Shown here: piece by piece, positions 48,289 through 61,366 of the stretch
Layout: each line of letters starts with the position of its first letter
How positions within the stretch are numbered: position 1 is the stretch's first letter
Origin: Anthoceros angustus
Taxonomy: Eukaryota > Plantae > Anthocerotophyta
Assembly (NCBI GenBank): GCA_010909165.1
Contig: VJWM01000255.1
Coordinates: forward strand, 1-64,000
DNA length: 64,000 nucleotides
Direction: 5' to 3'
The notes under the pieces: generated by a model
Told to the model about the DNA's origin: nothing
Database searches by the model: none
The model's input: the letters and a program-made list of their open reading frames with translations, nothing else
Position numbers and translations under genes: made by a program

Positions 48289-49316
48289 TCAAAGCCTGCT
48301 CCAGGTCGGATTCGGACCCGACCACTCCTTACCCAGAAAATATGCAAGTTGTTCAAACCGATCTGACCCAAAGATCAAGAACAGAGGAGCTTCGTTCCAG
48401 TTGTTCGAGACACCAGCTTTGAAGACAAAAATGGATGGAGTGCCGAAAGCTCCCCTCTCCACAGCTAGTTGAGTATTCTTCTGCAAAAGGAATGGTGAAA
48501 TGAGATGCAGAAGGCACAGAAAATGCTTCCTCCCACGAGGGACCAATCCAACCTTCAGTTCCTCTTTCACAACAGAGTCGTTCGTCTGGTGCAAGAAGGA
48601 CTCTGCCTCACTTCTCAAAAGCCCAGCAGCCACACAGGATTCCAACACGAACACCGGGTCGGACAGAGAGACATTGTTGTTGGGCTTCACTCCCCAGATC
48701 CTTCTGAACAAGGATAGAAACACCTGAATCAGCTCCTGAGACTCATATCCCTGCCAAAAAAGCCGTCGTGTCAGCAACAACTGTCTTCCACATGACGAAT
48801 GGGACATCCCAGAATCCCACCTTGGACAAAGCCACAGCTGTGAGCAGACGCTGGCAGAGCATGGAGTTGAAAGTCTCAGGACCGAAGGCTGCGGGTGCTC
48901 CCTTGAAGGGAACGCCCATGAAAGCTGCATTCCGGAGCAAGTCTCCCTGCAGCCATCCCCCTGCGTTCACATCCACCGCACCATCAAAACCTACAACCCA
49001 CCACAGGGAAAGCGCTAAACACTGATCAGTGAAGCGAGCACTGACCACGAGCAGGGACGACGGAAGGCATCGCGTTGCCTGTAGCCTTGTGGATTGCTCC
49101 CAGCAGAACAGGCACCACCCTCAACCGCAGATTCCATCTCTCACGATACCTGTCGGCCCAGTGTCACTCACACCAGGGCTTCCACCAGCAACAACCGAAG
49201 CTGGAAGCACCCAACTGGATCAACTCCGACCTGAGCAGGACAGTGAGGCAGAACCAGGAGTACGGCGATCCCACATCCAAGCACACCACCACCGGCACGC
49301 TATCCCCTCCTGCCAT
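48289..49316 (-). CDS. GSTK1: Glutathione S-transferase kappa (DsbA/HCCA-isomerase family) with C-terminal SRL, ~5 exons
   Basis: Exon 1 MAGGDSVPVVVCLDVGSPYSWFCL (kappa D-x-x-SPYSW); exon 2 RYRERWNLRLRVVPVLLGAIHKATGN; QRLLTAV; GAFGTP; FGSDRFEQLAYFLGKEWSGPNPTWSRL*. Confidence 0.9.
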
Positions 49317-50078
49317 GAAGACTCAGATCATACCTTCGGATTGAACGACGGTAGGGGAACGCTAGAGACAAACTTGTGGGCATACCAGACCAGAACAGCA
49401 TTTTTTGAAGAAGCGCACACGGAAACTTCACCTGCAATATGGGGTATTTGCGTCATGTTGGGTTCGCGCATCAACTGGCCTGGCTCACAACCTGCAGAAG
49501 CGATGGTAGCTAATCTGCTTCTGTTTTCCTGCTGCGCTGAAGACTTATGTGTATCCTTCCTCCCATTGGGCACTGTCCGTGTACTAATACCGTCGCCGGC
49601 TTCGTAAAATTTAACCCCGGGTTCCAGCAGCTTCCGCCTTGGATAGCAACGGCTCGGATCAAGTCTTCACCAGTTCGACGCTCTCTCGGCCGTTGGATTG
49701 GAACTTTTGAAGACCAGCTGTTGTCCTGTGTATGCTGGGCCTGTGCGCTGGATTCCAGGTGTTGGCGGTGCTCGGTTCTCTGTAGATTCCTGCGCTGCAA
49801 GGGTGAGCCCAAGGACAATCGGAAAACGCTGTGCAATTGAGCCGCCAGGGTGTTGGCTTGGAGGGAGCTGCACCGCTTAGGGGAGCACAAATCTGAATCC
49901 CTCCAGGTGAATAATCCCCCTGGCTTTGTTGCCGCGATTCTCGCACTGAAGAGGATTGGAGGTGGTCTTCGGTGCTGTGAATTCAGTGGATCTGTGTGCG
50001 TCGTGACAGCAGGATTTTTGGATTTGACGTGGTGGCAACTCGTGAGGAGTGGCTGCTTGGGTGTAGTGGCGACCGATA

Positions 50079-51917
50079 ATGGGAGCCGACAGTGAGGCGG
50101 ATGGCATTGTGGCGGAAGGGGAGGTCGCCACGACCTCTGCAGTGCCAGGTGTAGAGGAAGGAGAAGAAAACCGGGATGCAGATGAGATTACAAGTGAGTT
50201 CACCCCAATCTCCTCGAGACTCCGCTGGGAATTGCGGGGGATTTGACGTTCTGGAATTATGTGACCTAAACATGGCCCTCAGGGATTTGATGCACTAAAA
50301 TGCTGTCAGTCTCATCCTGGAGCGCAGGTAGTGATGGCGTTCAGGATCTTTTCAGCAGCTCTGAGGAAAGGGATTTGATGCTTCCTCCACAGGTGAACTC
50401 AGAAACATCGGTTTTGGCTGACGGTGTTACTAAGCAGATCATCAAGGAGGGGCATGGTGAAACTCCTGGCAAACATGCTACGTGCTTTGGTACTATACCC
50501 GCTCACCTTGGAAACTTGTTATGTTCTTCTTAACCTGTGTTTCTGATCGTGCCTGTCTTGGCTTTTTATGATGTTACTCACCTTCTGTTCCCTTTTTCTG
50601 AATCTTGTTGGATGAGCAGTGCATTACAGGGCGTGGTCCGTTGTAAAGATGCACAAGTTTGATGACACTTGGCAAGAACAGCAAGTTGTGGAGATTCTCC
50701 TAGGCCATGGTAAGTTTGGCTTGAGCTGTGAAGACTACTGCACGGCAGCTGCTGAAATTTTTTGTCCTCACTATGACTTTGTCCTCGCCTGCTGTAACAG
50801 AGAAGAAGGAATTGCGTGGTCTTGCTATTGGTTTATGTAGTATGAAAGCAGGAGAACGAGCACTTGTGAAAGTCGGCTTCGAATTGGGATATGGCAAGCA
50901 AGGAAATTTTTCGTTTCCCAATGTGCCTCCTAAATCCGATCTGATATATGAAGTGGAGCTCATTGGTTTTGAGGACGCAAGGGAAGTAAGCTTCACATAA
51001 CAAATTCAGTCTTTCCATACCATGGATGGTGGAATATCTTGCACGAATGTGATATGGAGACACAGACCTTTCCTTTTGCTAACACCAACTCCCACACTGC
51101 ACTGTGTTGCAATAGGGTGTGGCACGTGCTCAAATGACTGTAGAAGAACGCATTGCAGCTGCTGACAGGCGGAGGGTAGATGGTAACGAGTTTTTCAGGG
51201 AAGACAAGCTGGATGAAGCTGTGCAACAATACGAAATGGTGAGGTTCTTTTGACATGTTCCACGCTTTTTACAATTTCCGACTCGGGTTTCACTGCCAAT
51301 GTCTAATCTATCATTCAATTCGTTCTTTAGGCCCTTGCTTACTTGGGAGATGATTTCATGTTCCAACTTGAGGGGAGGTTTAAGGACATGGCTGATGCTG
51401 TCAAACATCCCTGTCACCTCAATCTGGCTGCATGCTTCTTGAAGAAGGAGCGTTTTGATGATTGTATCGGTCAGTGCACGGTGGTAAGTAAAACCCCACT
51501 ACTTCAGTATACCCATAGCAGTCTGACAAAAGTAGTGCCAGCGAAATGCGGTGACATAATCCTCTGCGTCCTCCTGCTCAGGTTCTCGTCGAGGACAAGA
51601 CCAATGTCAAGGCTCTGTTTCGTCGAGGGAAGGCCAGGGCTGCTCTTGGGCGAACGGATGAAGCAAAAGGAGATTTCTTGTTAGCCAAAAACTTGGCTCC
51701 CAGTGATAGATCCATAGTCCGCGAACTTAAGGAGATTGCAGTTCAAGAGAAGCAACTCTATGAGAAGCAGAAAGAGTTCTACAAGGGTATCTTCAACTCA
51801 CCGGTGGCTGTGCAGAAGCAGCCCGTGTCAACAGGTTGGCTCGCCGTTGTAATTTTGTGGCTAACGGCGTTCTTCAGACCATTCCTCAGGTTGTTCAGGA
51901 AGCCCAAATCAGCGTAG
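50079..51917 (+). CDS. TWD1: FKBP42 / TWISTED DWARF1-like (FKBP + TPR + C-terminal anchor), multi-exon
   Basis: VHYRAW, GLAIG..SMKAGERAL..VG.ELGYGK.GNFSFPNVPP..DLIYEVELIGF, MTVEERIAAADRRR.DGN, YLGDDFMFQL.G, NVKALFRRGKARA.LG. Confidence 0.95.
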
Positions 51918-52411
51918 TTTTTTAGTTGGGTTTTCTATAGGAATGCTATAACGTTCCCAACCGAGAACAAGTGTTCAGCCCTTTACCTCCAACTCAGGAG
52001 CCGCTTTTGTAGGGCGACTCTGATTAAGAGCCCAGCAAGAGGCCAGATGGGCAGTCAGTGACCAAATTGGTGTTTAATCATTGTGGGACGCTAAGTTCTC
52101 ATTCTTTTGCAAGAGATAACACTAGTGCGTTTGCAAATGAAGCTTCTGGACATGCTTCTTGCGTTATGTTTATCTCCTGCGGTACGTCATCGTGAACGCC
52201 TGCCATAGCTGTCTACTAGAGCTGCGTTTCTGCGTCGCCATCCAGATTGGCCGCATTGCCGACGAGCATGGTGGCGGTAGCAGCGTGCGGCAGCCTGGAG
52301 ATGAGATCGGCTGCTCTGATTTGGCTTAGCAGAGTGGCCAACTGAGGATCTCTGCCTGCACTCCAATTGAGTGCTGGCCGAGCTGGGTGAAGAGGGATAG
52401 AAATTTGGACC

Positions 52412-54614
52412 ATGGCGCGAGCAGTGACTCCTCTCTGCACTCTTGCTCTGGCATCGTCGTTGCCCACCTGCTCAACTTCCCAGTCACATTGCCATGCCAC
52501 GTCTCAACTGGCTTTCAAATTTGGGCCTTCCAAGAGGCCGGGGAGGCTGCAACGGAATAGATTCTCCATGCAATCCATTTACATGATAGTCAGAATTGAA
52601 GCTCAGCAATGCAGGCAGTCAGGATTCCCAGTCACAACGCAGCTGGATGAGAAGGCCCGTCAGCAGGAGGAGGGGAGCCTTGCCAGTGTTGCAAAGTCGG
52701 CAGAGGCCTTGGTGAAGAAGGTGTTAAAGGCAATCAATTTGTCAGAAAGCACTTTCGAACTCTCTGAAATTTCATCTCAGTGCTTCCAGAGACTTACGTC
52801 AGGGGCCGCCAATTTGCCTTCGAGTCTATTTGTATGGGTTTTATCAGCTGCAATAGTTGCATCTGTCTTCTCCACGGCGGGAGATTCTCAAGCTTTTGTC
52901 ACCGCGGTGCCAAGAAAGCTGCAAACAGATGAGCTGCAAACGGTTCAACTCTTTAAGGATAACACTCCCTCTGTGGTCTACATCACCAATCTGGCAGTCC
53001 GGTATGTCCTACCTTTTTCATCTCTATGCTCATCCTCTGTTATCCAGGCTGAACTGATGATGCTGCTGCATCTTTAAACCCTAAACCCCTTCATATCTAA
53101 TCTCCTGCGCTTGTCATCTGCCTTGAAGTCCACTTCCTCTGCTAAAAACGAATGATGCTGTCTTTAGCAGGAGGGATGTCTTCACACTGGACGTCATGGC
53201 TGTCCCTCAAGGATCAGGATCAGGATTTATTTGGGATAAGGATGGGCACATTGTGACAAATTACCATGTGATCAGAGGGGCTTCTGATTTGAGGTATTTG
53301 GAAGATGAACTTGCAGCTTCTTCTGCTAGGCTTCCACATGCATGCTCTCCCGTCACGTTGAAGGCAACACTTTGTTTGGCAGGGTTACCCTGGGTGATCA
53401 GTCTGTGTATGAGGCTGATGTGGTGGGTTATGACGAGGATAAAGATGTGGCTGTGCTTCACATTGATGCTCCTAAAACCAAGCTTCGGCCTTTGCCAGTT
53501 GGAAGCTCTTCAGATCTTCTCGTCGGGCAGAAAGTCTTCGCTATCGGGAATCCGGTGAGTGCATCCTACAGGCTTTGTTCGTCAATGCTCTTTCACCTGC
53601 AAGTAGCAGCTAATCAAATCAAGCGCATGGACATGATTTGCAGTTCGGCCTTGATCACACTCTGACGACAGGAGTGATCAGGTTTGCCTTTTGCCACCAT
53701 CTGAATTCTGTCTAATTAGATAACAACGACAAAAGGCCTTATTACATTTGTCTTACTGCAGTGGCCTTAGGAGAGAAATCAGCTCGGCTGCAACTGGGAG
53801 ACCGATCCAAGATGTGATACAGACAGATGCAGCCATTAATCCGGGAAATAGTGGGGGACCTCTTCTTGACAGCTCAGGAAACCTGATTGGTATCAACACA
53901 GCTATTTATTCCCCCTCGGGTGCCTCATCGGGGGTTGGCTTCTCCATACCTGTGGATACAGTAAGTGCTGTCACATGACACAGGCCGTAGTGAAGTTTTC
54001 CTCTCTCTCTACAGCAAGTGCAAGTAGGCACTGCCTGTAATGAAAGCAAGAGGATATATGCCTTGGTTGACATGGGTTTCAGGTTAGCGGGATTGTGGAG
54101 CAAATAGTGAAGTTTGGCAAGGTGACAAGACCTATACTCGGTATCTCTTTTGCCCCCGAGCAATCAGTGGAGCAGCTAGGAGTCAGCGGAGTTCTGGTTC
54201 TGGATGCTCCTCCCAGTGGGCCAGCCGGCAAGGCTGTACGTTCTCTTTTCTCTATCCTCACAACCATCTCGTCTGTGTCCTTCAGAAACGTGGATGTTTT
54301 TCATTTGCTTCAAACTCTTGCAGGGCCTGAAGGCAACATCCAGAGACTCCTATGGTCGGCTAGTCTTGGGTGACATTATCACGTCCTTGAACGGCCAGAA
54401 AGTCACCAACGGCAGTGACCTCTACAAAATCCTTGACCGCTGCAAAGTGGGAGATGTCGTATGTCATCATACCCTTTCTTGCATTTGCTTTTCGAATCCC
54501 ACGAACTCCATGTATGTAGTAAGCCTAATCTGGCATGCTATGCAGGTGACTGTGGAGGTGTTGCGGGGGGACAAGACTCTCCAAATCCCCGTGACTTTGG
54601 AAGCCAGAGATTGA
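52412..54614 (+). CDS. DEG1: Thylakoid lumen protease Deg1, 8 exons
   Basis: [68 protein letters not shown] domain. Confidence 0.97.
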
Positions 54615-55110
54615 TGAGCAGGTGGTCTGGAGCTTCCCGAGGACGTGTATCATACAGTATTGCATTCTGCATTCGCTTGGGCTGCCAGTAGAAACTTTTG
54701 TCTGAAACTGAATCCATATCATCAGCAAATGTCCGCCACGGCTCCAAGCTTTCCTGATGCTCGCTGTCCCCTCTCTGTATCGCTTTCCCCGACAAGCGCG
54801 AAAATAGAAGCTGCTTGCAGCAATTCTCGAACCCGCCCATTATCAGTTCCCGAGCTGGACGCATCTGATCCGTCCATACCGCCGGGATATTGTGGTCCAA
54901 GTTGGGGAGAAGAAAGTTATGCTTCCTTCCACTTGTGAGGAAATTGGGTGCGCAAGTCGAATCCAGGTCCGTGATGGTAGCATGCCCGGATCGGTTGATT
55001 TAGGGTTGATCTGCTCCTGAGATCGTTTAGCGCTGCCGGAATCGGAGTCCAGCAGTGTGGTCGAGAAAGCGGTGAACCTGTGGAGGGGCGACGGCAGATT
55101 AGTGCAACAG

Positions 55111-56525
55111 ATGGCAATTGGTGTGCTGGCCCTGCAGGGTTCCTTCCACGAACACATCGCCGGTGAGTCACGTTGTTGGATTGTGCACAAGTTTCCCACT
55201 GTGGTGTCGTTGCTGGAGATGTTGTGGCTGAGCTCGAATTTGTGAACAGCGCTCAGGAAGATCGGTGTCGAGGCCGTGGAGGTGAGAAAACCGGAGCAAC
55301 TGGTTGGCCTATCCGGCCTCATCATACCAGGCGGGGAGAGCACTACGATGGCCAAATTAGCTGAACACTACAATTTGGTAACAACACAAACCATCCCTTC
55401 CTCTCGCTCCTCGGCTTCAAAGTTATTTATGCGCGCCTGTCGTACCACTTTTACTTTTGATGGTGAACGGTGGACTGACAATCGCTTGCGTAAGCTCCAG
55501 CATCTCCTGAAAGTGTTCTGACGGAGTCACTGCGCTGCAGTTTCCAGCATTGAGGGAGTTTGGATCTTCGGGAAAGCCTGTCTGGGGTACCTGTGCCGGA
55601 TTGATTTTTTTAGCAGACAAAGCAGTTGGTGAGATTCTCATAGGCAAACACGATGTGCGGAATTGAGCAAGTGAGATTCAGGCACCTCAGTTGCGAAATG
55701 ACTCGTTGCCTTTCAAGCAGGGCAAAAAATAGGAGGACAAAACCTTCTTGGAGGCCTAGACTGTACAGTACATCGCAATTTCTTTGGAAGCCAGGTGTCT
55801 CCTTTCGCTCCTTTGAGCTCATGGTGAGTTTGCCCTTGTGTCTGTTCTTTCAGTTTCCTAAGAGGGATGCCTCGTTGGTTTGCAGCTCAACAGCTTTGAG
55901 ACAGAGCTTCCAGTGCCGGATCTTGTGGCAAAGGAAGGGGGCCCGCCTACATTCCGAGCCGTTTTCATCCGTGCTCCAGCCATTGTGGAAGCCGGACCCT
56001 CAGTGGAGGTTCTGGCTAGCTATGTCCTGCCCTCAGGCAATTCTGGGACAGATTCCGACTCTCCGACAGAAAAGGTCAGTACTGATTCGTGTAAACCCGG
56101 ATCCAACAAATTGAGGACTGTGTGTCTGGGACTCTTTTTCTGGAGAACTAGTTCCTTGTTTTCACAGGCTAAGGCGTCGTCTGTGCAGAGCAAGGAACCA
56201 ACAGGACAGAAATTAGTTGTAGCCGTCAAGCAAGGCCACCTTCTGGGGACTGCATTCCATCCAGAACTGACATCGGATACTCGCTGGTACTCCTTGTGCT
56301 TTAGTTCTCCATGCCGTACCACTTGAGTCCGAATACCTTTTTTCTTCTGCAAACTGACGAAGTCCCTTGCACTGCAGGCACAGTTTGTTCTTGAAGATGG
56401 TAAGACAAGCTGAAACTCCAGAAGCCAAGTCTGGTATCACAGACAGCTTGAACTTGCGGCCCCCTCAAGTGAGGGATCTTCCGGTCTTCAGAGAAAGTGA
56501 GCATCTAAGCATTGATCTTACTTAG
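55111..56525 (+). CDS. PDX2: Pyridoxal 5'-phosphate synthase glutaminase subunit, multi-exon
   Basis: [54 protein letters not shown]. Confidence 0.97.
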
Positions 56526-57119
56526 GCTGGGCTCTACAAAATTTGCAGTAGTTGCGCTTGAAGGAGATGGCTATGTCTTGCTACAATTGTGGCACCTCTT
56601 ACAAAACTTATTCCGATAGAGGATAGTTATACAAGGGACACGAGAGTGCTTAGTTCAAAATTGCATAGAAGTGTTACGTCCATTTCTCAACCTTCACGGC
56701 TGCAAAAGGCATTCTTGTAAGCAGTCTTGAACATATCTTCGTAACTGTGCACCCATATTTCTGGTAACTGCCAATTGACTCAAAAAGACTTGATCCTATC
56801 TGTTCGAGCCTCTACCCAGATAGAACAGTAGAATGTTGCTGAAGCCATGATGGGGGAAAGAGGTCTGTCTCCGTTCCTGGAGTGTGCCAATAGCACAGAG
56901 TGAGCGATCCGAGACCCTTTATGACCCTCACCAATGCGCACATATGACAACGATTATCGAACAACCTGAGAGTCTCGGCTTGGCTTTGAGCTTACACTTC
57001 TGCGATTTGTTCTCATGCTGGGAGCAATCTTTTCTGCTTGACATGGGTGGGCACCTTGCACGACATTAGGAAAGCCAAGAAGCTGAAGTGCTGGACAGCG
57101 ACATGCAACATCACCAACC

Positions 57120-59050
57120 TCAGGGAGCTGTAAGGGCCCCGCCACCAGGACCATCATCCTCCTCATCCAGGTCTGCGTGATATAACCAGTTCAAGGGCAT
57201 CTTTCTCTCCTCATCAAAATTGTCCTTCCAACAATTTTGAAACAGTGGAGTCGACAGGTACCTCTCCCCAAAGCTCGGTAGCACACACTGTAAGACGAGA
57301 GCACAAAAATAAGTTAAGCCCATCTCGATCGCAGTACTAACCATCCTGCGTGCCCTGGCCCAAAGCCCCATCTTTTCCTCATGGAAATTCTACAGTAAAC
57401 AGATCACATTAGCCCGAGGCAGGCTGACAACTTCACAGAGAACCTGTTTTGTAAAATGAGCTTACAACGACCAGTTTTCCTTTGTTCTCTGGACGCTGCG
57501 CAATTTGAATAGCTGCATGAGTTGCAGCGCCAGATGAGATCCCGACCAGCAGACCCTCCTCCTCATGAAGCCTCCTAGCCATCGAGAACGCATCCCTACT
57601 GCTCACCTGGTCCAATTCCACCGGGAAATACTCAGTTGTCAACAAAACGGGTTTCTTCCATCTGTGCACAATGAGGAAATACCTTAACAACTTCATCCAG
57701 AAGATCCAGATTCAAGACCCTGGGAACAAAACCTGCTCCAATGCCTTGGATCTGATGATATCCGGCCTTGCCACCTGAATGCACACGAAAGCATTGGCTC
57801 AACTTGGAACATGCTCATTTGAAGAAAGCTCGATCACTTTGAAATCCGAATGTCCAGCTGAAATCAGTCTAAGAAGTGCACATCGCAGACCTGAAAGAAC
57901 AGCACTTTCTGCAGGCTCAACCGCCACAAGTTGAACGTATCTGTTCATCTTCTTCAAGTACTCACCACACCCACTGATTGTTCCCCCCGTGCCAACACCT
58001 GCTACTAGGAAGTCGATCTACATGACAGGGCAAGAAACAGCTTAGGGAGCTGTCTTCATGACAACCAGTTACAGGATGTACGATCTGCCACCTATCACAC
58101 TGTGCTCATACACAGGTGACGTGAACACAGGTACCTTGCCTTTTGTATCCCGCCAGATTTCAGGACCAGTGGTTTCGAAATGTACACGAGGATTCGATGG
58201 GTTGTTGAATTGCTGCAGACTGTAGGCATTTGGAGTCTGCCTTACAATCCGTTCAGCCTTTTGGATTGCCCCGGTCATGGCAGCCTTGGCTGGGGTTAAT
58301 ACCACCTGCTTGCAAAGCACAACATGGTACAATCAGTAACAAGATAGGAAAAGCAAACTGCAAACAGATGTTGTGGCACAAATCGCGACCCGGCTTCCAG
58401 GCACCGAGATGCCAACACTTCACCTTGGCACCAAATGCTTGAACAAGAATACGACGCTCCATGCTCTGGTCCTCCGGCATGGTCAAGATGAGCTTGTAGC
58501 CCTTGGAAGCACAAACAAACGCCATACCAATGCCAAAGTTGCCACTGGTAGGTTCAACAAGGGTGCTAACCCCGGGTGAGATCAACCCCTTCCGCTCCGC
58601 ATCTTCCACCATAGCCAGGGCAATTCTATCCTTCACGCTTCTACACGGCTGCATAGCCTCTAATTTGCAAGCTATTCTAGCACAGCACCGAGACGCAACC
58701 CGGTTGAGATACACCATGGGTGTGTTGCCCACCAGCGAGAGAACATTATCCCGAATTTTGCTCTCACCCTTCGTCTCCGACACGTCAGTGTCCACAGTGG
58801 TGGCTTCGGCACGAACATTCCTCCCCGCCACGGCCAAATTCCAGCCCCCTGCTCGGGCACAACTCTCTAAAGTACCCACTAACACACCAGCAGACTGCGA
58901 CTCCAAATGAACCAAAGTCCGGGAAGCCTGTCCTCCCGAACCCAACAACCCAGAAACATCGCCCTTGGCCAGGAACCCAGGACAGTGCATCCTGCTCTTC
59001 CCACACAGCGCAGAATTACCCACAGGAAGCAAGAGATGGCAGGGCGCCAT
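57120..59050 (-). CDS. Cysteine synthase (OAS-TL / CS26-like), plastid-targeted, multi-exon
   Basis: [23 protein letters not shown] (PLP lysine), [58 protein letters not shown]. Confidence 0.93.
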
Positions 59051-59557
59051 GCCAAGCGCCTGAGACCTCGCTCCCTCGCCTTTCTTACTGTCTCCAGCAC
59101 CACCGCCCACGCATGGTGGGCTGTTGGACTCACACTCACACACTGGCTAGATTTGTCACAAGCTCCTACAGCCCACCACAGAATGCCCAGTTCAGCGATC
59201 CCGCCGGCCTTCCTTGCTCTGCCCAGATGAGCCAGAGGCGCAGGGAGCTCGTAAGCATTTGCCGACACCGGCAGCAGCAACAAGAAAACGCAGAGGGGCA
59301 GGCGACGTATGTAAATCTATCCATAATCTATCCGCACGGAAAACACTTGTCTAATGAGGAATCCCAGATTCAATGATGCAGGCCTGGCCCAGCCCGGCCA
59401 GGCTCTCTCTCTCTCTCCAGGCTGCCGGTCTCCTGTAGGCTGTGACTCATCACTGATCAGCAGCAGCGGGTAAAGCCCAGCCAGCCCAACCAGGTTCAGC
59501 TGCCAGCCGCGCTCGCATTGCATTCCCCTGCACTGCTGACCTTGCTGCCCCGTCTCC

Positions 59558-60091
59558 ATGGCTCCGATGGCCCTCACTGCCGCCGCCCACATCGGCATCG
59601 GAGTCAGTCCCATCGCCGCTGCCTCCTCCTGCTCCTGTTCCTCCTCCTGCTCAGCTCGGCCGCAGCGGAGGATCGCCCCCTCTGCACTGTCTGCTTCCGG
59701 AGTGCATGCGTCCGGCGCCAGCTCGGTGTTCAGGGATGGGAGGGAGCTGCTGGCGGCCCCGATGCGGTATATGACGGCAAGACGGCCTGGGCAGTTGCAG
59801 GTAGTCGGGCTCTTCGGGCTGGGAGTGCCGGAATTGGTTGTCATTGCGGGTGTGGCTGCGCTGCTGTTCGGGCCCAAGAAGCTGCCCGAAATTGGGAAGA
59901 GCCTAGGAAAGACTGTCAAGAGCTTCCAGCAGGCTGCCAAGGAGTTCGAATCGGAGGTGAAAGCCTCTGCTGCCAGCGACGCTGCGAGTGCTGCTGTTGT
60001 GGAAGAGCCCAAGCCAACTCCCAAGCCAGTTTCCAAGCCTGAAGCCCCGCCTGCTGCTGCCACCGCAGCGGAGAAGGACAGCAGCGCATGA
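59558..60091 (+). CDS. TATA: Sec-independent protein translocase TatA/Tha4 (plastid), intronless
   Basis: Transit peptide plus LFGLGVPELVVIAGVAALLFGPKKLPEIGKSLGKTVKSFQQAAKEFESE. Confidence 0.96.
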   Translation: MAPMALTAAAHIGIGVSPIAAASSCSCSSSCSARPQRRIAPSALSASGVHASGASSVFRDGRELLAAPMRYMTARRPGQLQVVGLFGLGVPELVVIAGVAALLFGPKKLPEIGKSLGKTVKSFQQAAKEFESEVKASAASDAASAAVVEEPKPTPKPVSKPEAPPAAATAAEKDSSA

Positions 60092-61366
60092 AGCTGGGTG
60101 CAGGCAGCTGCTCCGGAGGCACATTCAGAGCAGCAGCTCGTGCACATGCTTGGAGACGGAGCTGGAGCTTGGAGCCCGAGTTTCTTTTTTGTATGATATG
60201 AGTGGTTACTGTTGGTGCAGTTCGAGATATAGGCTCTTGTTTGTCTTCACAGAGACTCTCTGCCTGCCATCTCTTCTGTGGCGGTTGTTTGTTTTGATGC
60301 CGGGAATTCTCAGCCTCTCCCATTTTGTTTCGCCTTCCAAGTACGACCATCTCTTTGTCAAGTGATGTTCCTTGAGAGTCCCATGCTGGACTTGCCAATA
60401 TGGTCGTACCCTAGGTCCTGCTTGGGGCTCCATCCCTCAAAATCTCAGCTTGCGACAGCAGGCAGCTGTAAAGGTATGGGTATGTCTTGACAGGTGAACG
60501 CGGTGTGCCATTGTTTCTGTGAGTTTCCCCATGGCACCAACACATGAAAGCGCAAAACGAGATACTTGCATGGAGAGTTCTCCTAGTCCCTAGCTGTTCC
60601 TGGGAATTCTTCACTGGGCACGAACATGTGAAAACCAACACGTCGATATTTTCATCATCCAACAAGTGACAGTTGTCTGCAGCGCATAGGTGGGCTTGCA
60701 TTGTGGGACTAGACGAGGCCTTGAGTAGATATCTGTATTCCAGCAAAAGAGTCACACAAGGAGGGCTCGGGTTACGAAATCTCGTGAACCGGTGACCTTG
60801 GCAGCGGGTCGTATTGCCGGTGGCAGGTGAGCGCGCACCGGCATCCTCGACGGTCATGGTGGATCTGAACATGCCATGGTAACATGTATGGAAATGGATT
60901 GATGATGAGGTCCAAGTGTGTACTTGGGGAATTGTGTTTAACCGGAGGTTGAGCTCATGCCACAATTGGGAGCAGGAGGAGGCAATCAAGCATATTGTGG
61001 ACAATCGTCCATGTTTGTTGTTTGGGAGCTGATATGTGATAAGAAGCCTTCGGAGGAAAGTTTTCAAATCAGTGAGACTGAATGAACATCAAAATTCCCG
61101 GGCAAGGAGTAGTTTGGAAATTGCTTTGTAAGAGTCTCCAACCTATGCGTGATACACTGATATCGTCCTAACGGATGACGCGCCTAGCACTAATGAAATT
61201 TCTTTCACCATCAAATAAGAATGATGCAGCACCCACTACTCATCAGAAGTCTGACAAGGTATCAGACCAGCCAGATATCTTAGCCTCCGCCGTTGAATCT
61301 CGCGAACCTACGAGGAGTATTCAAAAATGGTCAAAACAGCACTTCCAGTGGCAGGGCCACCGAGAG

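Noticed and set aside
21467-51917. GH3 plus TWD1 as an auxin-related gene cluster
   Set aside because: They are about 27 kb apart with unrelated genes between them; consistent with chance.
60411-61067. 218-aa minus-strand ORF between TatA and BASS2
   Set aside because: Non-ATG start, no motifs, atypical composition; probably UTR or intergenic sequence.
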